A DNA stretch of 64,000 nucleotides, from the NCBI GenBank assembly GCA_951406725.2, contig OX597818.1, forward strand, positions 86,490,001 through 86,554,000. The letters run 5' to 3'. The notes below the pieces were generated by a model, which was given only the letters and a program-made list of their open reading frames with translations, was not told the origin of the DNA and ran no database searches. The translations under genes and the position numbers were made by a program. Origin of the DNA: Octopus vulgaris. Taxonomy: Eukaryota. Of the stretch, positions 42,174 to 56,459 are shown one piece after another (position 1 is the first letter of the stretch; every line of letters begins with the position of its first letter).

Positions 42174-43023
42174 CCACTGTCTCCATCATCGGCATCACCA
42201 TCATCATCGTCGTCGTCGTTGTCGTCGTCATCATCATCATCATCATCATTGCCTTTGCTATCAACAATACCATTACTACCACTACCATCATGAACCTCAA
42301 CACTATCACCACTACCATCACCATCGCCACGACCTTAACCACCACCAGAACCACCATCGTCGCTGTCTTCATCATCATCATCAACACCACAATCACCACC
42401 ACCAACAACAACAACAACGTCGTCGTCGTCATCATCATCACCATTGTCATCGTCTACTAGTATTAATACTGTCATCAACATCATCAACATTATCAATACC
42501 ACCACTACTATCATCAACACCACCATCACTGCTACCATCACCGCCACCACCTTCACATCATCACCATCAGCACCATCATCATTATCGTCACCACTACCAT
42601 CATCATCATCATAATCATCATCGATAAGACGGCCATATTCTTTGTTGACGTCATCTTTTCAGTACCGGATGCAATTTTTTCACTATAAATATTAATTTGC
42701 TAAGAACATTGTGATGAGTGAGTTAAAAAGACAAAGATTAAAATAAAAAATGTAAAATATCAAAAAAATAAATAAAAAGGAGCAAAATGATATGAAAATA
42801 AAATAAAAATTCTCATTGTAAAGAAAACATTTTTCGTTATCTTTGTAAAATATGAAAAGGGAATTTGGAAATATTGAATAAACACCAGAACAATAAATAC
42901 TACAGCTGCTACCACTACCACCACAACCACAACCACCACCACCAATACTACTACTACTACTACTATTACTAATACCAGCCCCACCACCACTACTACTACT
43001 ACTAAAACCAGCACCACCACCAA

Positions 43024-43093
<70 letters not shown>

Positions 43094-43449
43094 GCCACCC
43101 CTACCACCAATACTACTACTACTACTGTTGCTGCTGCTGCTACAAATGCTGTTACTGTTACCATCACCATTACTATCACCACATCTACTTTTATTACCAC
43201 TGCTGCTGCTCCTTCTGCTGCTGCAGTTACCCGTCGTCGTCCTTCTCCTCCACCTCCTCCTCCTCCTCCTACTACTACTACTACTACTACTACCCTCACT
43301 ACCAACAAAAATCAACACCAACACTTCCAATAACGCTTATACAACAACGACAACTACCACCACCAGCACCACCACCACAGCTACTCTTACTACTAATACT
43401 ACTATTGTTGCTGCGACTACTAATACTAATACTACTGCTGCTGCTGCTG

Positions 43450-43526
<77 letters not shown>

Positions 43527-43587
43527 ACTGCTGATACTGCTACTACTACTACTGCTGATACTGATACTACTACTACTACTGATACTG

Positions 43588-43651
<64 letters not shown>

Positions 43652-43680
43652 AATTGCTGTTGCTGTTACTAATACTATTG
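42099..43680. repeat. Compound (CAT)/(TAC)/(CAC)/(TGC) trinucleotide tracts
   Basis: Directly visible. Confidence 0.95.
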
Positions 43681-44049
43681 TTAATGTTACAATCAAAATG
43701 GCGAGCTTGCAGAATCGTTATCATGCCGGGTAATATGCTTTACGTTCTGAGTTCAAATTCCGATGTGTACGATTTCGGCTTTCATCCTCGTGGGTGTCGA
43801 TAAAATAAGTACGAATTGAGCACAGGGGTCGATGTAATCCACAGGTCACATCTTCTAAATTCCAGGACTCGTGCCAATAGTAGAAAGGATTATTAATTCT
43901 ACAATTAATGCGACGACCTAGCAGAATTTCTAGTATGCTTACCAGCCACATGGTTTCGGGTTCAGTCCCACTGCGTGACACCTTGCTCAAGTGCCTTCTA
44001 CTATAGCCCCGGGCTGATCAAAGCCTTGTGAGTGGATTTGGTATATACA

Positions 44050-44126
<77 letters not shown>

Positions 44127-44284
44127 CGATATATTATATATGTGGAGGCGTGTGGCATAGTGGTTAAAGTTGTTGAACTCGGGGTCGTAAGATTGTGGTT
44201 TCAATTCCTGAACCGGGCTATGCGTTGTGTGCTCGAGCACTTCATTTCACGTTGCTGAAAGAAGCCCGTCGTTTTAATGTATAC

Positions 44285-44328
<44 letters not shown>

Positions 44329-44617
44329 TTGTTTGTTTGTGTGTGTGTATGTGTGTGTGTATACGTTTGTGTGTCTTGTGTTTGTCCTCCCAACATCGCT
44401 TGACAACCGATACTAGTGTGTTGCGTCCCCCGTAACCTAGCAGTTCGGCAAAAGAGATCGATAGAATAAGTACCAGTTGAACACTGGAGCCGATGTAATC
44501 GACTTATCCCTCCACCAAATTTTCTGGCCTTGTGCCAAAATTTGAACCCAAGAATCTACTAATTCTACTGCAATAAAAGCACCAAAAACTACAATATCTA
44601 CTACAACAGCATATAGT

Positions 44618-44805
44618 GGAGGCGCAATGGCCCAGTGGTTAGGGCAACGGCCACGCGGTCGTAAGAACACGGTTTCGATTCCAAGACCAGGCATTGTGAG
44701 TGTTTATTGAGCAAAAGCACCTAAGTTCCACGAGGCTCCGGTGGGGGTGGGATGAACCCCACTGTACTCTTTCACCACAACTTTCTCTTACTCTTTCTTC
44801 CTACT
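44618..44805 (+). mobile_element. tRNA-derived SINE family C
   Basis: ggaggcgcaatggcccagtggttagggc...ggtttcgattcc (A and B boxes), tail ctttctcttactctttctt. Confidence 0.75.
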
Positions 44806-45674
44806 TCTGCCACAAAGCAGAGGAACCATGGTGTAACCCACTATGGTGTGGTAAACTTTCAGACCCTAGTCTAGATTTCGAATCCTCCGTAATCCAAGAT
44901 GGTTCAGCTCTCCACCCGTTAAAAGCCACCGTTTACGGAATGATGATAACAACGTAGCCTTCGCGCCCGTGCAACCGCCAGTCTATCGCGTGTGGTGGGT
45001 GGATCTTCAAATTGCCACACGCATTCTTAGTAGCTTAGAGTAGGCTCGAATTAGAGATTATTCTTTGTGGCTAATGGCGTGAGTCCTGATTGGAAGAAGA
45101 AGTAGAAGAAGAAGAAGAAGACAACAGCATGTATAACAATAACCGATTTAAGACCAACAATAACAACACGAGCAATCAACTTTAACCACTAAACCTCCTT
45201 CCAAACTGTGCAGTTGTGCTAAATAACAGCCTTTTCTGCAGGCGCCTTCGCCATTAGTGTTTTTTAATCAATAATAATATTTGTTAATAATTGTCTTCTG
45301 TTTATTTATTTATTTATTTATTTTATAACAAAATAAAATGAAAATGCTGCAATTCGGGGAGGGGAAGAGAAACATGGCGGAGAAAAAATGATAAAATATT
45401 TCATATAAGTCATAGTTGAAATTAAATGAAATATAAAAGTGATAATTTGAAGAAAAAACAACACTTTTTCTCCGTAGATAAATAGACTGACAGACAAACA
45501 GGAAGGCAGGAAGGCAGGCAGGCAGGCGGGCAGGGGGCAGGCAGGCACGCAGGTAGGTAGGTAGGTAGGTAGGTAGGTAGGTAGGTAGATAGGTACGTAG
45601 GTAGGCAGGCAAGGCAGATACATACACACATAGAGAGATGGGCTGGTAAATAGGCAGATAGCTAGCTAGGTAGG

Positions 45675-45756
<82 letters not shown>

Positions 45757-46447
45757 CAAACATAGAAAGACAGACAGATACACAGACTAACAGACAGAAA
45801 GACAGAATGTGTCACACATAGAAGACAAAAATTTTGAAGTTATGCTGCAGTCCTTTTTGATGTCAGAACTGAAGTATAAGAGACAAGCCTTCCTCTGTCT
45901 GGTCTCACTAAACTTAATATAGAAAATCTTCTGAGAGCTGAAAACTATTATAGGAGCGCTGATAAAATGAAAGACTAGTAGACAATGATAAATAAGATGT
46001 GGGATCAATTGTATGAGCTAGGTCAGGTTGAATAAAACTGATAGCATTAATTACGACATCTCTCTTCTCTCTGTGTATATATATCTGTGTGCTGTCTTCA
46101 GTCAGATTACTTTACAGTTCATTAATCTCTTAATTCAGCAATATTTAAACCAAGTAGAGATGGGTGTAGCTACGCGTTTCTGACAATTACTTGGTCAATG
46201 TTTATTCTTTATGAAATAGGAACACCGCATAAATGATATCTTTTATTATCATCATCGTCGTTATCGTCATCATCATCATCATCATCATTTATGTGTTCAC
46301 CTATTTTGTATACTACGTATACTTTTATATCATTTTATACTCCTTTAACGTTCTTCCCCCCACTGAACTGTAAACTGTTCTTGCATCTGATGCCCCTGTG
46401 GCAAATAAAAGAAATCAACACCATCGGCATCATTATCATTATTATAA

Positions 46448-47090
46448 AGGTGCCGAACTGGCCGAATCATTAGCACGCCAGCGGACAGATTGCTTAGCAG
46501 AAACGTTAGCACGCCGGGCGAAATGCTCAGCGGTATTTCGTCTACCGCTACGTTCTGAGTTCAGATTCTGCCGAGGTCGACTTTGCCTTTCATCCTTTCG
46601 CACTCGATTAAATAAGTACCAGTTACGCACAAGGGTCGATATAATCGACTTAATCCGTTTGTCTGTCCTTGTTTGTCCACTCTGTGTTTAACCCCTTGTG
46701 GGTAGTAAAGAAATAGGTATTTTATCTGGCTTTGCGTTCCGAGTTCAAAATTCCACCGTAGTCAACTTTGCTTTCATTCTTTTGGTGAAAAATCCCCTAC
46801 AAAAAAGCCCATCTCCTCAAATTTGATTCCTTCTGCTTATAGTAGAAAAGATTGTTTTTTGGCGGCGAGCTGGCAGAATCGTTGGCACGCTGGGCAAAAT
46901 GCTCAGTCGCATTTCTTGTGGCTTTAGGTTCTGAGTTGACATTCTACAATTCCACAGAGATCAGCTTTACCTTTGATCCTTTCGAAGTTAATAAAATAAC
47001 TACCAGTTGTGCACTGGGGCCAATGTAATCAACATATCCCCTCCCGCCAAGTGTCAGGCCTTGTGCCAACACCAGAAAGAATTATTATAA
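46448..47090 (+). mobile_element. Cluster of SINE family B copies
   Basis: Repeated ggcgagctggcagaatcgtt...cgaggtcgactttgcctttcatcc units. Confidence 0.85.
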
Positions 47091-47164
47091 TAGTTAATTA
47101 GTTACATGAGGTGGAATAGCACGTTGAAGTTAACTCAGGTAAAAGAGTGATGCAATTGATAATC

Positions 47165-47553
47165 CTTTCTCCTAAAGGCACAAGACCTAAAATATGAGGG
47201 GAGGGAGACTAGTAGATTACATCGACCCCGGTGTTTCACTGATTCTTAATTTATAGACCCTGAAAATCAAAGTCAACCTCCACGGAATTTGAACTCAGAG
47301 CGTAGCGGCAGACGAAATACTTATTTCTTTACTACCCACAAGGGGCTAAACACCGAGAGGACAGACATGGACAGAAAAACGGATTAAGTCGATTATATCG
47401 ACCCCAGTGCGTAACTGGTACTTATTTAATCGACCCCGAAAGGATGAAAGGCAAAGTCGACCTCGGCGGAATTTGAACTCAGAACGTAGCGGCAGACGAA
47501 ATACTGCTAAGCATTTCGCCCGGCGTGCTAACGATTCTGCCAGCTCGCCGCCT
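47165..47553 (-). mobile_element. SINE family B dimer, inverted relative to 46448-47090
   Basis: Near-consensus minus-strand copy ending ccagctcgccgcc. Confidence 0.9.
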
Positions 47554-47769
47554 TGTTGATGTAATTGATAATGTTGTACATGCTGATGTTGTTATTGTTT
47601 GACCCCGGGTCACTCTTGATCCAGGAGACATGTAAACGAAATCATACCACTTTACCTATTTGGCAATTGATGAAATTACTGAACGCGATTTACTGTAACA
47701 TAATCCACCTCCCCTTGTCCGTGCAGACAGCATTTCGAAAACTACAACTCGTCTACATCACCTTCAATA

Positions 47770-48420
47770 AAGGAGATGTTGGTCTTTATGCCAATGCCTC
47801 AAAGACTAAATGCATCTGCTACAATATGAAGGGCTCAATAGAAACAAAAAAAAACTTTAAAACTTGTAGACTCCTTTGAAAACTTAGGAAATAACATCAC
47901 ATCCACCCTTAAAGATTTAAAAATTTGTCTTGCGAAAGAATGAGCTGTACTTGATAGCCTCACTGTCATTTGAAAGTCATAACTACTTGATGATCTTAAA
48001 GAAGGTTTTTTTTTTCGTGCTACTGTGGAATCAATGCTCTTGTACAGGTCTACTGTTTGGCCACTCGCCAAACTTTTAGAGCAAGTTTTGATGGTAGTTA
48101 CTGACGTATATTACAGGCCGTTCTGAACATCCCGTGGAGAAAGTTTGCGAACAAAATCTCTAAAGCAGTCTCCTTGCAATCACCTATATCATCCGAGAAA
48201 TAGGGGAGGTGACAGAGAAAGAGAGAGACATGCGTTTTTCAAGACAATGCTAAAAAGCGAAGCAATATCTCATGAGTGATACATTCCTATGGGCACCTCG
48301 ACAGGATATGTAGGGTCGATGGTCTGGCAAGATCCTTCGTCGAGCAGCTCTGTTCGAACACGTGATGTTATTCTGCTAACCATCCGGATGATGTGAAGAG
48401 TCGTATTAAGTGGCGGGACT
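47770..48420 (+). pseudogene. RTE-clade LINE reverse transcriptase 3' fragment
   Basis: VGLYANASKTKCI...VDSFENLGNNI...AKE*AVLDSLTVI*KS...FFRATVESMLLY. Confidence 0.8.
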
Positions 48421-50326
48421 CAGCCTGTTTGGCCAGATGGTGGTCTAACACCGGCTTCCACACAGTTTCTCTCTATTCAACATCACTTTACATGGCTTGA
48501 ATTAATCGGAGGTTATGGGAAAAGACAATTGCCCAAAGAGATTTCTATAAACGACACTCCATTGTATTAGATCTTAGTAGATATGAAATTGTCGAAGCTA
48601 TTAATGTTTTGGACTACCAGTTCCGCATACAAGGGTTTCGTTACGTCTCTAGACATTTTAATGTATTTTTGAATCCTCAGTTCTTGTAGAAAGTGAGAAA
48701 TAAATATTAAGTATCTGCAATATGAGATGAACTATGTTCCTATCCATGAGAATATATTTCTTTCTTCAGCTTAACTTAAAAGGAAACAAGATAATAAAGT
48801 ATTAGTTCTTGAAGAATTATAATTCAGAGGAGCATTGTAGTTCGCTTGAAGAATTGTCATGTAAGAAAATAAATAAAGTAAGGTGAGGAACTTCTTACAA
48901 TGCGAAAGAAAGAATTAATAATTTATAAATTCTTTATATTTCGGGTGAGTCATCCATCTGCAGAGGAAAACAATGAAATATTGAATATCTCGAAGACCGA
49001 CTATGTGTAATGTTGGCCAAAGATTACGCTTGGCTAACCTCTGATCTTCTATAATTCGCTGACTGTTTTCCTCTTGTAGACGAGTGAGTCACCCGAAAGA
49101 GGAATTAATACATTATTAATTCTTTTCTTTCTTGTTAAGTTCTCTGCCTTAATTTATTTATTATGTAATAAATTCAGATATCAAATCTCTTGTAATTATC
49201 CCATTTCTCAGATAACTACTGGGTTGTCGCAGCTTCAGGAAAGAGTCTTCTGTAGGGGTCACCACTGCAATTTGTCTTCAGTATAATGTTAGAAATTTAT
49301 AGTGAACGATGAAAATTTAAGCAGACATGACTGTCTGGATAAGGAGTTCGTTTCGCAACTAGCAGCTTTCGAGTTCGATCCCAGAAAAATGTCTTCAATT
49401 ATTTCTGAAGATCTGTGAGTAAAAGAAAGCGGAATCTTTGCGTAAACTTGTCAGGGCACTGTTCCAGTTCTTGAGTAATAAATTTAATCCATCATCCGGT
49501 TTATTACCGCCACCCGCTCTTTCATGCTTTAGCAGAGTTGATTCGTTGATTCTGTTGCAAACATTCAGACTCGATCTCATGTCTGACAATCACAGGCGCA
49601 CGCTCACACATTCTCTCTCCCTCCCTCCCTCCCTCCCCCCTCTCTCTCTCTCTTTCTCGCTCTCTCTCTCCCCACATATTTTGGAGCCCTAAAAAGGGTC
49701 AGAGACGCTGTTTTACATCTCTGACGAAATCATTAAAAAATGCAATGAAACGAAAGAAAAATCAGACCTATCCGGTCCTATCGCATCGCTGTCAGGTTAA
49801 CTGTGACACGTGTTTGTTGTTGATGGCCACAATATTTTAAGTAAGATGATAGTTGTGTGCTAGTATAAAATTTATCTTGACTGGCACAAACCTCCAATGA
49901 TAAAACAGATAAACGTGACTGTTGTAATATTGCTGATAAAGACACCAGCAAACAACTACGCTCAATCATTGTCCAAAAGTCACAGTTCCATAGACAGCAG
50001 GAGATTTATCTTATCAACAGTAAATGTTTGTGTCAAGACTGTATTTCATAAGAAGCAGCACATATCAGTTGGTGACCTTGTGACTTTGACAAGCGGCGGG
50101 ATGTGAAAATGGTGGATTGGAAAGGTCAAACACTGTGTACTCATTATCAGTGATAATTTATTGTTAAGGAGTTACCTAGAGAACAACTGAACTCTCGTTA
50201 CAATACACGTATATGCACACAAGCACGTGCACACTTATACACAGACGCCACTCAAATCTATACGCGCTCTCAATGAGATGTTTACTGTGGGTATCCTCAG
50301 TGGTTACAGGCTCAATACCAATGAAA

Positions 50327-51201
<875 letters not shown>

Positions 51202-51281
51202 TAATATTATTATTGTTATTATTATTCTATTGTCTTTGCATAGCTTCTAACGCTGGAAACGTACTACTAGATAGATAGATG

Positions 51282-51367
<86 letters not shown>

Positions 51368-51511
51368 CAGACACACAGGCAGGCAGATCGATAGAGAGAG
51401 AGAGAAATAAAATGTGTGTGTGCATACATGTGTGTACGAGTGTACTTGAATGCGTGTGTGTGTGTGTACATACATACATATGCATAAAGGTACACTCAAA
51501 AGGATATTCTA

Positions 51512-51713
51512 GGGGAGGTGCTGAAAAGTTCCTGGCTTTAAGGGTATGAGGAAAGGCCTTGTTCTGAGTTCTGTTACAGGGCTTAGAAAACCTGAAGAAC
51601 CTCTACAATAAGTGTGTGAATCTGGAAGGAGAATATGTTGAATAAAATCATAATTAACCTATTCTTCTGTATTTTCTTTTACCCAAAGCCAGGTACATTT
51701 TAGCACTCCCTCG
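51512..51713 (-). mobile_element. Mariner-type MITE, same family as 28662-28867
   Basis: gtgctgaaaagttcctggcttt ... aaagccaggtacattttagcactccctcg-TA. Confidence 0.82.
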
Positions 51714-52724
51714 TAGATCGCACACTGCATTGGTACCTTTCCGTAATCATGTCTTCAAGTCTACATTTCATTCTCTCCAATATTATAGTTCTTCCATTGT
51801 TCTTATCATGAGTACAATCAGTTATATTCTCGTATTCTCATTTGAATCTAATTGATTCTTTATCTCAATTTTAGTTTTTTTCTTTCGCATGTTCTCTAAT
51901 AAATTCCTAAAACCTGTCGGGTTTTTTGTTTTATTTTGTTTTGTTTGCTTTTTTTCTTTTTCAGATGATTTCTTTCAATGATACTGCATTATCTAGCGTT
52001 ATCATTTTATACCATTCCCATACTTCTGATCATCATCCTCATCGTTATCGTCATCGCTTCTATTGTCGTCGTCGTCGTCGTCGTCCTCGACATCATCATC
52101 AGCTGCAGCAGTAGCATCAACATCATTATCATCAACATATCCATCAATATAGCTTTCATCATCGTCATTATCACTATCATTTCAATTGTTACTATAAAGT
52201 ATTATAACGGCAATTATTTTAAATGGGATTAAGATCGGGTTTGTCTTTCGTCAGATACATACATATATATACATACATGCCTACTCACACACACATATGT
52301 AGTGTGTTGATTGTAAACAGGTAAAGTAGAACTCAAAATATGAATATATGTATAGTTTTTTAATACTTAGCACACGCAACAGAGTGACTCAAGGTCCGAG
52401 AGTTTCGTGCGTTGGCACTTATAGAATTAGTTTGATTACTGCCAATGCACGAAACACTTGGACCATGAGTCACTCTATTACTTCTGCTCAATCTCAATAA
52501 ACGTGTGTGTGTGTGTGCGCGCGCGCGCCTGTGTGTGTCAGTGTGTGTGTGTGTGTGTGTGCGTGTGTGTGAGTCAGTGTGTGTGTGTGTGTGTGTGTGC
52601 ATTCCAACGACATGGTTCCAGGTTCAGTCCCGCTACGCAGGACGTTGGGCAAGTGTCTTCTACTGCCGCAGTGCAATTCCTGGAGCTATTAAAAGAAAAA
52701 GATATTTCACACACACACACACAG

Positions 52725-52756
<32 letters not shown>

Positions 52757-53932
52757 TTGCTTTGTCTAAGAAAGCAGAAAGTAGAAAAGTATGCAAAAAT
52801 TGGGTATTTACTGTCGGAAAGTGAAGAATTTCAATTGTATTAGGATCTCTAAGTCTAAATCTCACCTGAATCTATTTCATTGTATTTTGTGGATACAAGA
52901 TAACATTTATGGCTTCCACACAGGAATCGTGAAAAATTCCAATATCTCAAAATAGCAGAACGTAATAACTGAACATCCCAAAATACTGCAACGCAATACA
53001 GTAAGCTGCTAAAGAAACAGCACAGCGTAACACGATTGTTGTTCTTGGGTAACAACTGTTATTTCCTATTTGCTTACCACTAGAAAATATATAAGAATTG
53101 ACTAACATTTCCTTCAAACTTTGCTTTTATCACATTCGCTCAATCCCCAAAGAATCCGTCTCAACACGCGGCTATGATGCTCCCCTACTACTCCTTCTCA
53201 TGAGTAGCGAATATAGTTAACCACTAAGGGACATGGTCATGTGCTTCAGGTCAACCAACAGACAAGAAAATCTGTGTTACTGGGCAGAATATTTACTATA
53301 ACAATATTTCTGCTTCAGCATTTCGGCGTTGAATATATCTGAAGTGTAATGGACAGTAGGTCATTTTCAAAACATTGAAATGTAATGGGAAGTAGTCGAG
53401 ATCACAAAAGCAAAAGTTTGAATGGAATAGTAGTTACTTCCTTTGATTTCCAGATAGAAGCAAACAGGAATTAACACTTGCTGATCAAAGACAACAAGCA
53501 AATCTGTGGTACTGAGCAGAATATTAGCCATAAAGATATTTCTGTTTCAGCAACTCAGCGCTGAATCTGTCTGAAATGTAATGTAAAATTGATCAGTTTC
53601 AAAACATTGACGTTCAGATCACAAAAGCAAAAGTTTGAAGGGAATAGTAGTCATTTCCTTTGATTTCTAGATAGAAGCAAATAGGAAATAACACTTACTG
53701 GCCAAAAAAAAAAAAAATAATAAATGAAAGCGTTTTGTGACAGAGCGTAATTGAAAGTGAAACTACGATCTCGCAATCGTCACACACACATACAAATATA
53801 CACACATTGAGGACTTCTTTCAGTTTCTGTCTTTCAACTCCACTGACAAGATTTTTTGTCCTGTGCCATAGTAGAATACACTAACCGATGATATTACTGT
53901 GGGACTGCACCTGGAACCATGTAGTTGAGATG

Positions 53933-53972
<40 letters not shown>

Positions 53973-54056
53973 CAATAATAACAAAGGATGAAATTAATTA
54001 ACTAGTAATCAATAATTTCACTAAGTAGAATTCGGCATGAAAAGGGACAATTTCTC

Positions 54057-54124
<68 letters not shown>

Positions 54125-54131
54125 TATAACC

Positions 54132-54232
<101 letters not shown>

Positions 54233-54270
54233 CGTGTGAGTGCGTGTGTGTTTGTGCATATGTATACATA

Positions 54271-55512
54271 CGAGGTGGTATCAAAAAGTTCCGAGATTAT
54301 TTCTGTAGCACGCCAACAAATGGCAGCACATAGTGGCGTGCGCATTCAGAGCTAGCTTGTGACCTTCATGAGGCAGTGTGCCGAGTGACATCACTGTGTT
54401 TACTTCACAAGTTATGGAATTTGTGTTTTTGTGGTCACGTGTAAGCTGTAGTCTGCAATTTTTGTCACGGACAGGAAGTTGGAACAAAGAGCCAACTTGA
54501 AACTTTGAGTTAAAATTGGATAGTCCGCTACAAAGACATTGAGCATGCTTCGGCAAGCTTGCGACGACGAGAGAATGGGTCGTATGTAATGTTTCAAGCG
54601 ATACAAGCACTTCAAAGGCGGAAGAACATCCCTGGAAAACAATGACCGATCTGAAAGACCTACCACGAATGTAACCCTCGGAAATGTGGAGAAAATTCAT
54701 CATATTTCTTTATTGCCCACAAGGGGCTAAACACAGAGGGGACAAACAAAGACAGACAAAGCGATTAAGTCGATTAGATTGACCCCAGTGCGTAACTGAG
54801 GAATATTCTTTTCTACACAAGGATCGAAATTTTTGGCTAGTGGGGCCAGTAGATTTGATCGACCCCAGTACGCCACTGGTACTTAATTTATCAACCCCGA
54901 AAGGATGAAAGGCAAAGTCGACCTCGGTGGAATTTGAACTCAGAACGTAATAGCAAACGAAAAACCTCTAAGCATTTCGCCCGGCGTGCTAACGTATCTG
55001 CCAGCTCGCCGCCTTTGTGGAGAAAATTCATCAGCTTGTATATGAGTATCGTCGGAGGACAATCAAAGACGTTTGCAAGCATTTGGGCGAGGACATTCGT
55101 CAAAAGTGACAAGATCTGTGGAGCGCTAAGAAGTGGATTCTTCACGACGACAAGAAGTGGATTCTCCCACGTCGTGAGTTTCTCGCCAAAAGACAATATG
55201 GTATCGCTTTCGCACCGGCCCTATTCGCCAGATTTAGCAACTGCGGACTCCTATCTCTACCCCAAGAGGAAAATGCAGCTCAAAGGTCGCCATTTTAACA
55301 CCGTTGTCGAGATCCAGAACGAATCGCAGAAGGTCCTCGACTCGCTTACGGAAAACGACTTCCAGCCCAGATTCCAAAAGTGACAGGGACACCGAGACCG
55401 GTGTATTGCTGCGCAAGGTGACTATTTCAAAGGAGACGGTGTTAAAACTTAGGTAAATAAGTTAATTTTTTATTAAACATTACTAATCCGACAAACTTTT
55501 GATGCCACCACG
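54271..55512 (+). mobile_element. Mariner transposon, decayed and deleted, interrupted by SINE B
   Basis: TIRs cgaggtggtatcaaaaagtt / aacttttgatgccaccacg; EQRANLK...FKGGRTSLENNDRSERP and HRPYSPDLATADSYLYPK. Confidence 0.92.
54703..55015 (-). mobile_element. SINE family B inserted in the mariner with an 18-bp target duplication
   Basis: tgtggagaaaattcatca at 54685-54702 and 55016-55033. Confidence 0.92.
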
Positions 55513-55649
55513 CAGGTACCTTAATCAAATAAAGAAGTCGTGGTACAAGCTATCAGCTGAAACTCGCTTGCCAGTGACGACGAAGATATTTGTGATGATA
55601 TTGCCTTTGCGATTGCTGTAGATTGTTGTTGCAGCCTTTATCGTAACTA

Positions 55650-55791
55650 TGTAGTAGTAGTAGCAGTAGTAGTAGCAGTAGTAGTAGCAGTAGTAGTAGC
55701 AGTAGTAGTAGCAGCAGCAGCAGCACAACGATCATCACACCCCCTATCAGCCCCATATAGTAATAGTAGTTGTTGTAGTACCACCACCAGC

Positions 55792-55841
<50 letters not shown>

Positions 55842-55859
55842 CAGCAGCAGCAGCAGCAT

Positions 55860-55892
<33 letters not shown>

Positions 55893-55904
55893 CAGCAGCA
55901 GCAT

Positions 55905-55943
<39 letters not shown>

Positions 55944-55953
55944 CAGCAGCAGC

Positions 55954-55988
<35 letters not shown>

Positions 55989-56005
55989 CAGCAGCAGCAG
56001 TAGTT

Positions 56006-56042
<37 letters not shown>

Positions 56043-56192
56043 CAGCAGTAGTAGCAGCAGTAGTAGTAGTAGAAACAGCAGCAGCAACAGCAATAGTAAT
56101 AGTTGTAGTACTACCACCACCACCACCACCATTAGTAGTAGCAGTAGTAGTAGTAGTAGTGGTAGTAGTAGTAGTAGCAGTAGTAGTAGTAG

Positions 56193-56228
<36 letters not shown>

Positions 56229-56230
56229 AA
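55650..56230. repeat. (TAG/CAG)n microsatellite
   Basis: Directly visible. Confidence 0.95.
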
Positions 56231-56459
56231 GTAGTTGTTATTGTTGATCAACACTAGTTGTTATTGCAACTGTTCCTGCTCCTTTTATAGTTCTTAGTCT
56301 TGTTGCAGTCATTATTGTAGTGATGCAGTTGTTGTTGTTGTTGTTATTGTCTTTGAAGCAGTCGTTACTGTTATTGTTTGTAGACCTTATATAGATGCAG
56401 TTGTTGTTGTTGTTGCTGTTGCTGTATTCGTGCCTCAATCTCATCCTCAATCTTATTCT

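Noticed and set aside
44618-44690. tRNA-like sequences at SINE heads (also 18427, 30447, 39591)
   Set aside because: No complete acceptor stem, and they continue into repeat bodies; these are SINE heads, not tRNA genes.
49721-49752. CTGACGA...GAAACG hammerhead-like spacing
   Set aside because: Stem II pairing is poor and there is no NUH or stem I; likely chance.
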